From: Lytechinus pictus
Taxonomy: Eukaryota
Direction: 5' to 3'
Assembly (NCBI RefSeq): GCF_037042905.1
Contig: NC_087252.1
Coordinates: forward strand, 12,402,001-12,466,000
Length of the DNA stretch: 64,000 nt
Shown here: positions 1-11,751 of the stretch, in pieces
Layout of the letters: each line of letters starts with the position of its first letter
Position numbering within the stretch: the stretch's first letter is position 1
Notes under the pieces: generated by a model
Seen by the model: the letters and a program-made list of their open reading frames with translations, nothing else
Told to the model about the DNA's origin: nothing
Databases searched by the model: none
Program-made: the position numbers and the translations under genes

Positions 1-980
1 CTTGCGTGCGCTTCTGCGGGCAACTGCGTGCGAGATACTGTCAATGCAGGCAACCTGCAGGCAACAAAATTTGCCATCTGCAAGTCACAGGCAAGGTTTG
101 CAATGAACGATGTGACAGAACCTTAACTTTTGTAAAGTGAATCCAATAAATAGAAGATGACGAAGAGCAATGTTTTTGTGCACACAGACCAATTAGAACA
201 ATACACTTGATGAATTATATACAGTGAAGGATGACTCACCATGCTACGATAAAGATCCCACATGAACAGCGGTAAGTACATAACCAATACGTGTAATGTA
301 CATCTACTAGATTACCTCAAAATTTGTGATGTCCACTAAAAACACATCACTAGGATGCATGAAATAATGTGCACAAGTATCTTTAAGATTTCAAGAAATA
401 TCATTCTGAATACAATTTTTTTACAAGGCAGCACTTAAATTGAATATGAATAGCGCACATCCCACTCCCCCTTTTCAGATACACCACTGGAAGTGTTCCT
501 TAGTGGGTTAAAAACCATTGCTTGACTGGAAAATCAAATAAATAAACACATGCTGAATTATGTACCAAGGAAGCCAGTATAACACAAGTACTGGAGGGGG
601 AGAAGGAGAAGAGAAAAGTAATGAACATTTGAAAGCATGATCCTTCCCCTGAAGAAACATAATAGTAGGCTCTGCTGGCTTGCTGCTTGACCATAGTACA
701 TGTACAAGGGTGAAAATAAATCAAATCAAATTCCGTGTTCCATGTAGCCACATGCACAGCCGTTAGTCCAAAGGTCACACTGGAAGGTCACCCAGGACAC
801 GACTCCCTTGAATGTGTGAAATTTTAAAGTGACAAGATTGATCTAGATATACATGTACACCATGACACAAATATGGTCACAGACACACCACAATTTTGGT
901 TGACATCTCAGCCCACTTTACATATTCATGTACCCTCTATTAAAGTCAGTACTCAAAGTATAATACCCTAGCACAGACCT

Positions 981-1138
981 GGGCTCCATAACATAAAGGT
1001 TTGTAATCAATAGGAAATACCAATGACCAATCAAGATCGTCGCTGCACGCGCACTCTGTTTAAAATACTGACCGGGAACCAATCAATGCGGTTCTTTCAT
1101 ACTTGCAATTCATAGCACACCTTTGTGTTACGGAGCCC
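981..1138. mobile_element. MITE, PIF/Harbinger-like (relatives at 7294-7570 and 22990-23122)
   Basis: TIR GGGCTCC(A/G)TAACA(T/C)AAAGGT at both ends, with CTG flanks consistent with a CWG target duplication. Confidence 0.75.
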
Positions 1139-1140
1139 TG

Positions 1141-1288
1141 GGCCATTCTAAAGCTACAGCTTTTAGCAGGAACTATGTCATACTTAGTGATCTTCACTGA
1201 CTGATTTGTTCTCAGCCAATCAGATGCAAGGATTTCAATAGCTTATAACAGTTCAGTGAGAATCACTATTGTTTCATGAAATGCTCCC
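1141..1288. mobile_element. MITE with CAGCCAATCAGATGCAAG core (relatives at about 8711-8815, 27776-27915, 27940-27990)
   Basis: Dispersed repeated core, with a TTTCATGAAATGCTCCC terminus. Confidence 0.6.
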
Positions 1289-1505
1289 AGGAGAATTGCT
1301 GAGAGTTCTTCAAGGTACTTATCAGTGGACATAATGTGGATAAGGAATTGGTAACTGTCACTTCTTCTGTCGATACCATGACACACATACACTGAAGCAG
1401 ATAAAATACTTTAAAGACATCGACGACCATTACAACAATGACTGACTTCGTCCATACTGTTTACCTTGTCAGGGTTTCTAAAGCAGCATCTTCAAGGTTT
1501 TTAGA

Positions 1506-2900
1506 TCAGACTGATGTCTCAGACTGAAGGCGCAGCGCGAAGCGATTCTTCTTGTAGTCAAAGACTTCTTCTCTGATCTTATAGTGAGGTATCTTCATGA
1601 CAAATACCTGGAGCAGGACCTCACCCTGTCTGAGTTGAAAGGTTGTTCCCTCCTTGAGGGTGCCATTCACCTGGGTGTCAGAAACCAGTTCCCAACCTTG
1701 GACAGGGTTGTGATGGTGTTCCGATAAAAGAACGTTGGGACCAGGTTGAAAGAAGGTCTCCAGGAAGGATCGTGGAGCCAGATTGTAGCTGATACAGACA
1801 GCAAGATGATCCATGACAGCGTCCATTGGCCATCTCGGTTGCTGTCGAGTGATGCGTAGGTATTTCTGTAGAGGGCGGGCTAGCGATGGAAAGATAGACT
1901 GCGCTGCTTCTGTTGGATCCATTGCATGATTGCCTGGATGCGTGTCTTCATGGACACGCTTGATGTGCGTGAAGGCTTCTTCCGCCGCGACGAGCAACCT
2001 TGCCTTGCGCTTTTTGACACGCCTCTCATACTCCTGCTCTTCGTAGAACCTCTCATTCCTGCTCTGATCACGCCGATGCGCAGCAGTGGTCATAATTGCC
2101 CGTGAATGACCGGTGACGTTATCATTGCCCCCGCCACCGTCCACATCATAAAACTTAAAGTTACTTAGCTTCTGGGCCACACGCGATGTTGTTGGCACAC
2201 GAAGAAGGTGAGAATTGTAAATTTGAAAGTCACGATAATAGTGTTCTAAGACATGAGCTGCGCTGCGCTGGATGCTAAGCTGACCTATCGAGTAGTAACG
2301 ACTCATACCATCTGGTGAGCGAACAACCTTCAGCATATACACAGGCTGGAGATGCCGCAACTCAAACATTATTACTGCTATATAATGCATGAAGAGCAAA
2401 GCATCGGCCAATGACACTGCATACGAGACAATCGCGGCGTAGTTGGTGTCTTGTGGCAACACAACGCGCATGATGAAGAAGAGCCAGTATGCCAGGAGCA
2501 GCACAAAGATGGCCACCATCATGACAAGGCGGTAGAGGTAGACTCGCGGCATCGTTGATCTGGGTTTGCGGAAGAACAGCGCCCAGCTTCCGACTGCAAG
2601 GATGACTAATTTGAAAGCCATGCTGATGAAGAGTCCATCGCAGTGGATGCCGCAATCGCCAGGTTCCCATAGAAGTGGCGGAATCACCACAAACGCTACC
2701 GGAGAGACGAAACCGACGAGGGATAAAACGACAAAGAGGACGATTGGAAAGTATCGTGTGCAGTCAAAACCGATGCTTGAATCCATGCTCTTTGCCAGCC
2801 TAGAGAGATCCTCATTAGACGATCGATCTGACGTGCCGGTGATGGCGGTGGTGTTGTCACCCCAGTTGTCATCTTGAGGTAGGATCTGCACCTCGATTAC
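1506..2900 (-). CDS. Vangl: Vang-like (Van Gogh/Strabismus) protein, last coding exon: Ser/Thr cluster, 4 TM helices, cytoplasmic tail, PDZ-binding motif
   Basis: Acceptor tctcttacag|GTA ATC GAG GTG CAG (phase 0) gives VIEVQILPQDDNWG..., a Vangl signature. It is followed by four hydrophobic segments, YYRDF, NERFYEEQEYERRVKKRKARLLVAAEEAFTHIKR, AAQSIFPSLARPLQKYLRITRQQP and C-terminal RLQSETSV-stop. Confidence 0.97.
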   Translation of the reverse strand, partial: VIEVQILPQDDNWGDNTTAITGTSDRSSNEDLSRLAKSMDSSIGFDCTRYFPIVLFVVLSLVGFVSPVAFVVIPPLLWEPGDCGIHCDGLFISMAFKLVILAVGSWALFFRKPRSTMPRVYLYRLVMMVAIFVLLLAYWLFFIMRVVLPQDTNYAAIVSYAVSLADALLFMHYIAVIMFELRHLQPVYMLKVVRSPDGMSRYYSIGQLSIQRSAAHVLEHYYRDFQIYNSHLLRVPTTSRVAQKLSNFKFYDVDGGGGNDNVTGHSRAIMTTAAHRRDQSRNERFYEEQEYERRVKKRKARLLVAAEEAFTHIKRVHEDTHPGNHAMDPTEAAQSIFPSLARPLQKYLRITRQQPRWPMDAVMDHLAVCISYNLAPRSFLETFFQPGPNVLLSEHHHNPVQGWELVSDTQVNGTLKEGTTFQLRQGEVLLQVFVMKIPHYKIREEVFDYKKNRFALRLQSETSV

Positions 2901-3700
2901 CTGTAAGAGAAAAACATGAAAAATGTAGAAAAAATAGTTATAGGTAAAATAAATAACCCATCAGAACATGTACATTATAGAGCATGGAAAAAATAGAGAA
3001 AAATAGATAACCAATAAGAATGCAATTATACATTATAAAGCAGAAGGTTATGAAATATTTTAGTATAAATTTGTATTGCCTGACCCCCTACCCCTCCCCA
3101 AAAGAGAGAGAGAGAGAGGGAAAGATAAAGAAAGAGCCCTCCTCAAAATCCCACACAGGAAAACGAAATAAGAATTTACAAAAAAAAAATCAGCATGAAG
3201 CACTATATAGGCCTATTACAAAACTTCTATTATAAATTAGGTAAAATTTTAATTATTTATAGGCAAGAAGAAGAAATCTAGGTTCCATAACTTTGGAATC
3301 ATCCTACATACATGTATATTGAATTTATTGACAAGAAATCAAAATTACAATACAAATGTAGCAAAATCTGTTCTCTTTATCTTCATTGTGCACATGTGCT
3401 TTGTGTACATACGTTTGTAGAATGACATGTGGCACATGGTACATACATACGTATATCGTGGCAGAGTATGATGTGAGGCAAAGAGTGTGGCATGAATGCT
3501 TGTAATATTTGTGAGATAGATGACGATGACCTCACTTGACCTTTGCTATCCCATCTGTCCTAAAGTGATAACAACCTGACTGAGATGGCTAATGAATTAC
3601 CGACAGAGACGAGAGGGTGATGGAGAGATGAAATCATCATTTGTAGAGTAGACCTGGGGGCCGTTTCATAAAGCTGATCGTAAGTTAAGAGCGACTTTAA

Positions 3701-4095
3701 AGGTAAATGCTAGTTTTGGTAACGATATCAAAATGAGTTCGTACAGAATCCAATGAAATGACCACCAAAGTGTCTGTTTGTATTTATAAAACGCATGTGC
3801 CAAAGGATTCTGGAAGAAATTGTGTAATTGCTGAGAAATCAGCAAATAAGCACAGGATTTGGGTAGAGCGTCGGGCCCGACGCTCAAAGCAATAATTATA
3901 CACTGTCCCACGTGCGCTTATCTGTGTTGGGGAAGTTCAGTCTGAACATTATTCAGCGTAGATTTCAAGATTTCACAAAGTTCAGTTTATGTAACTGTAC
4001 CAGATCTAGATCCTCGATGATATACTGACAATTAAGCCTGGTTTTACAGACTTTCTCATGAAATCAGTGTTTACTGCAACTACTGGAATTTCTCT
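3701..4095. mobile_element. Kolobok-like non-autonomous element
   Basis: TTAA duplications (3697-3700, 4096-4099) and AG...CT termini. A second copy lies at 33111-33483. Confidence 0.8.
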
Positions 4096-4214
4096 TTAAG
4101 AACGACTGGTGATCCATTCTTGTGGTAAATGATATTGACCATTAGATGTTCATTGGTGATTCTTTAGCACGTAAGATAGGTTCACCAGTCGTTCTTAATG
4201 TCACTCTTAACTGA

Positions 4215-4614
4215 TACCCCTTTCATAAACCCAATAAAACCCAATTATGCGGCTAATAGCAGCATAATTTGGTCGTAAAATCAGAGGAGGACAAGAGTTA
4301 TCCGCATTATTCTGATGCTGCTATTATCCGCATAATAGCGGCATCGGGACAAGATTTTGAGTTTATGAACGTATTTCCAAATAATGCGGATAATTGCCAT
4401 GGTGCGGTCACAAGGTCACCCTTTTCCAACACAACCGCATCGGAGGGGGCGTGTCCAGTTGTCATGACGATTATCCGCCTTTTTCAGGACGGGCGCTCGT
4501 AAAAATAATGCGGATAATTTTCGGAGTTTGTGAACGCAATTTTTATTGAATTATCCGCATTACTCTTAGGCGGCTAATTGGAGGATAGGTTTTATTGGGT
4601 TTATGAAAGGGGTA
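4215..4614. mobile_element. MITE with TACCCCTTTCATAAACCCAATAAA TIRs
   Basis: Long near-perfect TIRs, TGA/TTA flanks where the empty host has TTA, and internal TTATCCGC repeats. Confidence 0.85.
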
Positions 4615-4789
4615 TTACAAAAAGCTTTATGAAACACCCACCTGGGCCCTGTCTTACAAAGACTTATGATTGATGCAATCAATCGTAACTCAATGGAAAT
4701 CCATCTACATGTATGTCATAATTTTGTCTACAGGAAATTTGCAAAATGTCCTTTGTAAACAAAGAGAAGCACACCTCCCTATAATAAAG

Positions 4790-4950
4790 GTGGCTGCCTT
4801 CCGCGGCCAGGTGAGGTGAATGCTCGAGTGCCCGATCAAGGTAGCCGTGCTAAAGCTGGGGTAATAACATTATACATGTAAAGCAGGGAGAACAGTTTTC
4901 GAAACTGAAATGGCTACCCTGGGTAAAACATGACGTTATTATTATTATTA
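4790..4950 (+). mobile_element. SINE 3' fragment with (TTA)n tail
   Basis: CCAGGTGAGGTGAATG core shared with the 12483 copy; GGCTACCCTGGGTAAA tail shared with the 53560-53860 SINE. Confidence 0.5.
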
Positions 4951-5203
4951 AAGGCCTTCATATGGCCTTTAATACACAGTGCAGTGGGGGATGGGGGTGG
5001 CAGTTGCCCCACAGAAAGTTTGAGAACAAATTTTCACCAACTTCACTAAGTGTATGCATGATATCCTTACATTTCACTTCATAAAATGCAAAAGCGCCCA
5101 AATGGCAAGCTCAATCGCTTTGCTCCCTCGCTTTCAATTTTTTTAAATAAGTTTATGCATGCTGCTCCCCCCCCCCCCGCAAAAAATGTCTGCGTGCGAT
5201 CAC

Positions 5204-5476
5204 GGGCCCTGTAAAATCGTTGCATGTACATGCAAGCCTTGCACGTGAATTGCGGGTGATTGCCCACAACTCACCCGCAACAAAGTCTCGAGCATGTTCA
5301 AAACTTTTCTGTGTGCATAAATCAGGATTGCGTGCGCTTCTGCAGGCAACTGCTTGTGAGATGCGTGTGAAAGTTAATGTCAATGCGGGCGAACTGCGGT
5401 GTCCTGCGGGGGAGCAAAAATAGTTTATACCTGCAAGTCACACTCGAGGCTTGTACAGAACGATGTGACAGGGCCC
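5204..5476. mobile_element. MITE (a partial copy also at 1-118)
   Basis: TIR GGGCCCTGT(A/C)A(A/C)ATCGTT; the internal sequence matches window positions 1-118. Confidence 0.8.
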
Positions 5477-7740
5477 TCACCGAATTTGGTTCCTTAAAAA
5501 AGTCTAACTAATGCTATGCATGCATCGGTAACGTTTGTACATATGTACAAGGTACATGTATGTCTGAAACATACTGTACAGGGAAGCAGGGATTTTTTTC
5601 AACCATGCTACATTAAAATGAGGAAAAATCAGCATTGTTGATAAATGGGCATACATGTATCTGTTTAAGAAATCAGCACTGATGATAAATAGGCATACGT
5701 GTATCTGATTGAATATAATATAAAACAATCCCTGCAATAACTACAATGTAGCCCTACATGTACAATTTGTATCAGCGTTCTCTTATGGTTGCTTGAACAC
5801 AGCTTGGGTGTATTTCAAACTTCCCAATCTCCTTCTCATGTATCCTGCTCGCATAAATAAAAACCTCAAATAGCTCCATCTAACATTTTCATGACCCCTG
5901 GGCCATGATAGCCCCTTGTGGGTGGCTGAACCTCATGTAGGCTGCGCTGGGAACCACTGGGAACCAGGTCGTGCTAACAATGCCTTGTGACAACCTATCA
6001 AAATCAGTTGTGATCTAAGGGCTTGTGTGCACTGTATGACAGTATTCGGTATTAGATCCATTGCAAGAGCAAAATTCAAATACTGTACAAAGAAAGGACG
6101 AGGTATGCACAAAGGCTGTGCATTAAACATAATTTTTGTTGAACTACATGGCAATTGTTACTCCCCTCCTATCACCTGGTATTTCACATATTTTGTTGTA
6201 GGCCTATACACATAGACCATAGTGCACAACACAAATTTTAATGCTAATTTCCTTTTTTTAAATACATGTTTATCATGGTGTATTAAAATTTATAGGCCCA
6301 CATTCACTTTGATTCTCTGAATGTAGAAATGAAGATCATGTACAAACACCTGTGCAGATAGGCGCACATGTAGACAGTACTAAACAGATTAAAATGTTGA
6401 CATTTCTGAGCAACAAATTTTCAGGCAAACAGCCTCTGTGCACCTCAAATAGAACCTCAGGCCCAGATAAGGAGGTTTGATATCAACCGGAGCTTGAGCA
6501 ATCTTGCTTGTCTATTTGGTTGAGTAGAGTGATGAGTTGGTTAGGCCGGTTTGCTAGTCATAACAAAACACAGTTCATTCGCACTGAAAAAACATACAAG
6601 CTGACAGCACAATCCCCTACTAATATATGATTGATGATGTTTGTGGGCGAAGGGAAGATGCAGCAATTGAACAAAACCATTTAGACTAGCAAAAAGGCCT
6701 TTTTATCCCAGAGGAATATTATAGGAGAGATATATAGGTCTACAGTGTATGTGTATGTATGTAGTACCATGATTTTCTATAGATCCAAGAGTGTGGAATT
6801 ATTGAGAAAAGTATGATTATTTTTAATACAAAACAAGAGCTCAGAATGGTCAAAATTCAAATCCTTTCCGGACAGTTTAGAATGCTTTAGTTTCCTGAAA
6901 GTTATATGTACATGTAAGAATGCAAAAAGGGAAATAATCAAGGTATCTCTTTGATCAAATTAACTCTATTAAATTCTCTTCATTTATTCATCTTTCAATC
7001 TTTTTATATCTACAATGATAGTTCTATAAAATATACATATTTACAAAATATAACATTTAAATCAACTTTTATAATATAATAATACCATGAATTCGAGAGG
7101 GAAGGAGACCAACTAAAAAGCAGAGCTTGCGTCTAAAATGTTCAGGTATTGATGATCAGGGATTAGGCCTACATGTAGATACAGAGATACTCTGATTCTA
7201 TTGGAAACAAATTCTACCTCTATCAACCAAGTTCAATCCATCCCTTCTTCTTTTTTGTCTTCATGAATAGGGCATATAGGCAAGGAAAGGCAGGGCCCAA
7301 TAACACAAAGCTCTAATAGTAATTGATCATGAGGCTGTTTTCTACAATTGATTGCATTGATTATTGTATACGATCGATTGTAAAAATCAGCCCTACTATC
7401 GATCACTAAAGCTTTATGTGAGGGATGTGAGGCAAGGAAAGGAAAGGCCCAAAAAGCTTAGCAATTGATCATGAGGCTGTTTTCTACGATTGATTGCACT
7501 GATTATTGTATACCATCAATCGTAAAGATCAGCCCCACTGTCGATCGCTAAGCTTTATGATACTGGGTCCGTCTTCTAGGTATGGAATGTGTGCGTGCAT
7601 AGAAAACATGCCATGATGAATTTGTTGATAATGATGTGTCAGGTTTGTGGATGACAATGTTATATGATGTGTTCAGGGATAGGCTAGTGGTAAAGATACC
7701 ACATGAAAATTGGACAATAACAAACAGAGAAGGGTGGTGG

Positions 7741-8212
7741 GAATAAAAAAGTGCTCTTACGCCCGCGTAACCGTGTGCGCGAGCAAATTTTTGAAATGCT
7801 TAAAATGACCTGATTCATATGATATTTTGGTCAAAAAGTGATTTTCAGCATTTTACAATTTTGACGCACGCATACGCGCACGTCGTGACCTTTACATGAC
7901 CTCTGATGACATGGACAGTTGACCCGTCACCTGAAGATGTGATGTAAATATGGTTGATTTTTTATAATTGATAACGAAGGTATGATTGATGTGATTTTTA
8001 AAATGAGGACCTTTTGACCTTGAACTTGTTTTATACACATGACATGATAAGTCCCCATAACTGATGATATTTTGAAGAAAATTGTTGATGTAGATTTTGA
8101 GATTTTGTGCGAACGAGAAAAGGGCGAAAAAATAAAAATGAATAACAAATAATAAAAAAGAAAATTTGTACAAAATTAATAGTTGATCTGTCGATTGACA
8201 GATCACCTAATA
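7741..8212 (+). mobile_element. Helentron/Helitron-type non-autonomous element
   Basis: CpG-rich 5' end, TGACCTTT motifs, and a subterminal hairpin GATCTGTCGATTGACAGATC followed by ACCTAATAA. Confidence 0.5.
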
Positions 8213-8824
8213 ACATGAAAAATCAGTATCCCTGCTTTTCTGGGGAAAATGCATCTGTGAGAAAAAATGGATGAATAGCTATTTGGACAAAAATGATGGA
8301 AATCATTTTGCACCACACATGGCTATGTATCCATAAATCAATCGCCAATTACATCCAGAGGAAATAAAACTCTTCTAGACCAGCATTCCTTGTATTGCCT
8401 CTAAGGATAAGATTTCACAGACTATTACACCTGCTCCTTTGGAAGAAGAGGAGACTGGATAACTGGAGTTAGGGGAGTCTGGGATAATCCCAAGATAGGC
8501 ATTCAGAGGTCAAACAAGGTCAAATATGAGATATGGTTTTCACCTGGTAAAATAAACCATATGCCTTGTTTAATAAAAACTCACTTCTATTGTAACTTCT
8601 ATAAAAAAAATTGATTTGGATTGGCTGCTGAGCACTGTTACCATGGTAATTGACATAATGGCAGACTGGCATTTACAATTATAGTTGTAGCTATTTGCGA
8701 AAAGGGGGTTCCGGGGGAGTGTTTCATGGAAGGTTTTGTACTTGATTTTTGCTGACTTCTTTACTCTCAGCCAATCAGATGCAAGTATTTGCAGTAGCTT
8801 CTTATAATCTGTAAAGTGACAATC

Positions 8825-9203
8825 ATGGTTATTTCCAATTTGTCTAATGCCAATTCGTCCAATTGCCAACTTGTCTACTATCATTTGGTCTACCATCAGT
8901 TTGTCCACTCACCACATGGTCTACCCTCATTCAGTCTAATGCCATTACGTCTAATAACCAGTTGGTCCAATAGCCATCTAGTCCATATACCATACATGTG
9001 GTCTATTAAACTAAAGTGTTAATTATGCAAAATGAATGAAAAGAAAATGGGTATTAGACCAACTGGTTATTAGACAAGATGGTAATAGACGAACCGGGGA
9101 TTAGACGAACCGGGGATTAGACGAAGTGATGATTGGACCAAATGGTTATTGGACCAAATGAAGGTAGACCATGTGCTGAGTGGACGAATTGGCAATTTAC
9201 CAT
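8825..9203. mobile_element. Foldback MITE with internal ~15-bp subrepeats
   Basis: Inverted ends (TGCCAATTCGTCCA / TGGACGAATTGGCA); arms built from GTCTA(A/C)/GTCCA units. Confidence 0.75.
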
Positions 9204-9659
9204 GTCATTCACTGAGCAACCTTTTCAAGAACCCTGCCTTGCATGAAGTGCAATGTTTGATGTCATTGATTTTCACTACATACATTTTATTCATGTATGT
9301 AATCTGCTCTGGGAGCCCTGCACAACATATGGAAGACTTCTACTTTTCAATGTTACAGTGTCTAGACATGCATATTTGCATGGACAGTACAGTGTACATG
9401 AAGGCTTTCAATAAGTTCTGTACATGTGATTTTGTGCCTAAATTAATGCTCTAACTCAATTAAATGGGCTTACCTACATGTACACGTACATGTACTGTAT
9501 GTCTAAACATTTTTCAACTCATACAGCCATTGTAGTTTGTGCAAGTCAAAATCAACCCTATTTTTACCATGTTTATTTTGACAGTATTCCACTATATCGA
9601 AGTAAAATATTTTTTACAAAAAATCCTTTATTACATGTACATCTCATTATTGTACAAAC

Positions 9660-9887
9660 CTCATCTCTGTCCTCGTCGGTTGTAGCTCCGTGCGTTGCTA
9701 TGGTTACTGATCGTTCTACATGAGAATGTCTTTTGCTGTGTCTCCTATTTTCTCCATCATTCTCTGAATCCTCTCGGTTTCGATGTCGCCGACCACGTCG
9801 CCCCCTGTGGCCACGCTCGCTGTCTTCGTCCGTGTCCCGGTCACGGTATTTGTTCTTCGAGCTCTTACTGCTCCTTGTACTTTGGTT
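9660..9887 (-). CDS. Vangl: Vangl coding exon 2 (basic/acidic N-terminal region, 76 codons)
   Basis: Acceptor ttcccctacag|AAC and donor GAG|gtttgt, both phase 0. Encodes NQSTRSSKSSKNKYRDR...ERSVTIATHGATTDEDRDE; SVTI and the R/H-rich tract match Vangl N-termini. Joins in frame to VIEVQILPQ. Confidence 0.9.
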
Positions 9888-10332
9888 CTGTAGGGGAAAT
9901 CCACACAATTATCAAGGATTCATGTTGGCCTTTTAATCGTGAAATAATTTTAGCAAATTAGCTTTTTTTCAAAATCTTTACACATACCTGTAGGCCTACT
10001 AGGGCTGAATCAAAGCATACATGTACTACCGTTCAAATGACTGCTATTAAAAAACATAACCGTTTTGCCATTTCGTAAATCATAACTGTATAGGGGAAAA
10101 AAAATCCCTAAGAGTTGCTGGAATTTCACATTTCACATGTACTCATCCTTGAATCATTCATTTTGAACTTGTTTAGGATTCTTCTTCTCAATTTGACCAA
10201 AAAAATATAATTCCATGATGGAGTGTAAGGGTAAGTCCATGAACCTTTACTTTACCATAATTGAAATTAGCAAACTGAATTTGAAACTGTGACTGCAATT
10301 ATAAGCAATTTGTTAAAAACCTATTCTAGTAC

Positions 10333-10401
10333 CTGAGGCTGCGGAGTAACTGGGAACCCCCCATTATCATCAGCATTTTCAGGAGCACCGTCGGTATCCA
10401 T
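10333..10401 (-). CDS. Vangl: Vangl coding exon 1 (MDTDGAPENADDNGGFPVTPQPQ); the exon including UTR spans 10333-10497
   Basis: ATG in strong context (AAAATGG), an MDT start like vertebrate Vangl, phase-0 donor CAG|gtacta, and a polypyrimidine acceptor tctttccctccag| just above 10497. Confidence 0.8.
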
Positions 10402-10688
10402 TTTCAATGTTTTGGCTCCAGAGGGCGGTGTTCCCGATCCCGTGTCAGTCTTGATGAATACGGCAGTGACCGTCAGTTTGAATGATTATCTCTGCATCTG
10501 GAGGGAAAGACAAGAAAAAAAAAGGTGGACAGTCTTTTATTTGCTGATTTGGAATACAAAAGAACGGGGGAGCATTTCATCAATGTTTGTCACCAGGCAA
10601 GTTGTGCCAACCGTAACTGTTGCTAGCTATGGTAACTGTTGGATAATGAGAACTTTATGACAAAAATTAGCGATTATCACTACAATTC

Positions 10689-10889
10689 TATGACATTTGC
10701 TCCGGCAACAATTGCTCCGCTATCATCAATTCCACAAACTATTCAAATGACCATTTTCAACACTGGATTTAATACTTAACACAACCCTAGCCTAACCCTA
10801 ACCCTATTAATATAAGACCCTATTGCAACCCTCACCCTATTATGAAATAAAGAACGGAGCAGGTGTCGCTAGGACAAATGTTGTATCAC
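10689..10889. mobile_element. MITE with internal TAACCC-like repeats (degenerate reverse copy at about 20468-20662)
   Basis: GACATTTGCTCCGGCAACAATTGCTCCG...CGGAGCAGGTGTCGCTAGGACAAATGT inverted arms surrounding CCTAACCCTAACCCT. Confidence 0.65.
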
Positions 10890-11579
10890 TGCCACAACAT
10901 CCATGTAACAGTATTTATACCTTTTTTTATATAAAATTCCCAGGAATTGCAAAAGAAAACCAGCAAAACAGACACTGGAGTATGCAGTGTGCATAGAAAG
11001 TAAAGTCGAAAGCAAAAATCATGATAATCTGAATTGACATCCATGTGGCTGATGTTATGTCAGAGTTTCGAATGTTGAATCAACCCCTACACAGTACTTG
11101 ACCCAAACAGCTGGTCATGTGACCTGTTTATAAGCTGCACCAATCCCATGAGCCCCTGCACCAGACATTTAAGCTTCCAATAATATGGAGGCGTATTCAG
11201 ACCAACTTGTTCGAGAATATCAGACCTCTGGTGGGTGTTTCATAAAGCTGTTTGCTCTACGGCGACCGTACGGCGAGTCGACAACAGTCGTTTAAACATT
11301 TTTGTACCAGCTGCATACAGGTGATTTGAATTAAAATTAATAAAATGGCTGTTTTCGACTCCATGAAGCCCCCCCCCCCTGGATCTGGAAATTTACTCTC
11401 TGATCTACAGCACACCTATCATAAAATATCAGGTATTTTTGGCAGCAAGAAAGCAAATATTTAATGTACTGCAATGTGAAAGGGATCTTCTCTGTGCAAT
11501 ATACACTGTAGGCCTACATGTATATTGGTGATTTATATATATTGGTGGCGATTTTTTACCTGATTGCTATTAAAGAAAG

Positions 11580-11751
11580 CATGAATGCTTGTAAGCAAGC
11601 AACCAGAGGACCGGTGGCTTAATGTCCTCTCCGAAGGACCTGTTACTGAGGATTGATGCCTTACCAAAGGGCACTAGCGCACCAAGTGAGAATCGAACCC
11701 GGGGTACTGGAAAACGAATGCCCCGCTCTACCGACTGAGCTACCGCGTCTC
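11580..11751 (-). mobile_element. tRNA-derived SINE
   Basis: Minus strand has box A TAGCTCAGTCGG and box B GGTTCGATTC, followed by a GTGCCCTTTGGTAAGGCA body. No proper acceptor or anticodon stem. Confidence 0.8.

Larger units (their letters stand above)
3656..4640. mobile_element. Harbinger-like host MITE interrupted by two nested insertions
   Basis: Ends GGCCGTTTCATAAAGCT...AGCTTTATGAAACACCC. An uninterrupted relative lies at 50743-50905. Confidence 0.8.

Noticed and set aside
1880..2877. Overlapping alternative-frame and antisense ORFs in the Vangl exon
   Set aside because: Expected by-products of a GC-richer coding exon, with no recognisable motifs.
10780..10825. Interstitial telomere
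   Set aside because: Only a few degenerate TAACCC units, lying inside a dispersed MITE.
11675..11751. Possible tRNA gene
   Set aside because: It has A and B boxes, but the cloverleaf is poor and it runs into a SINE body.
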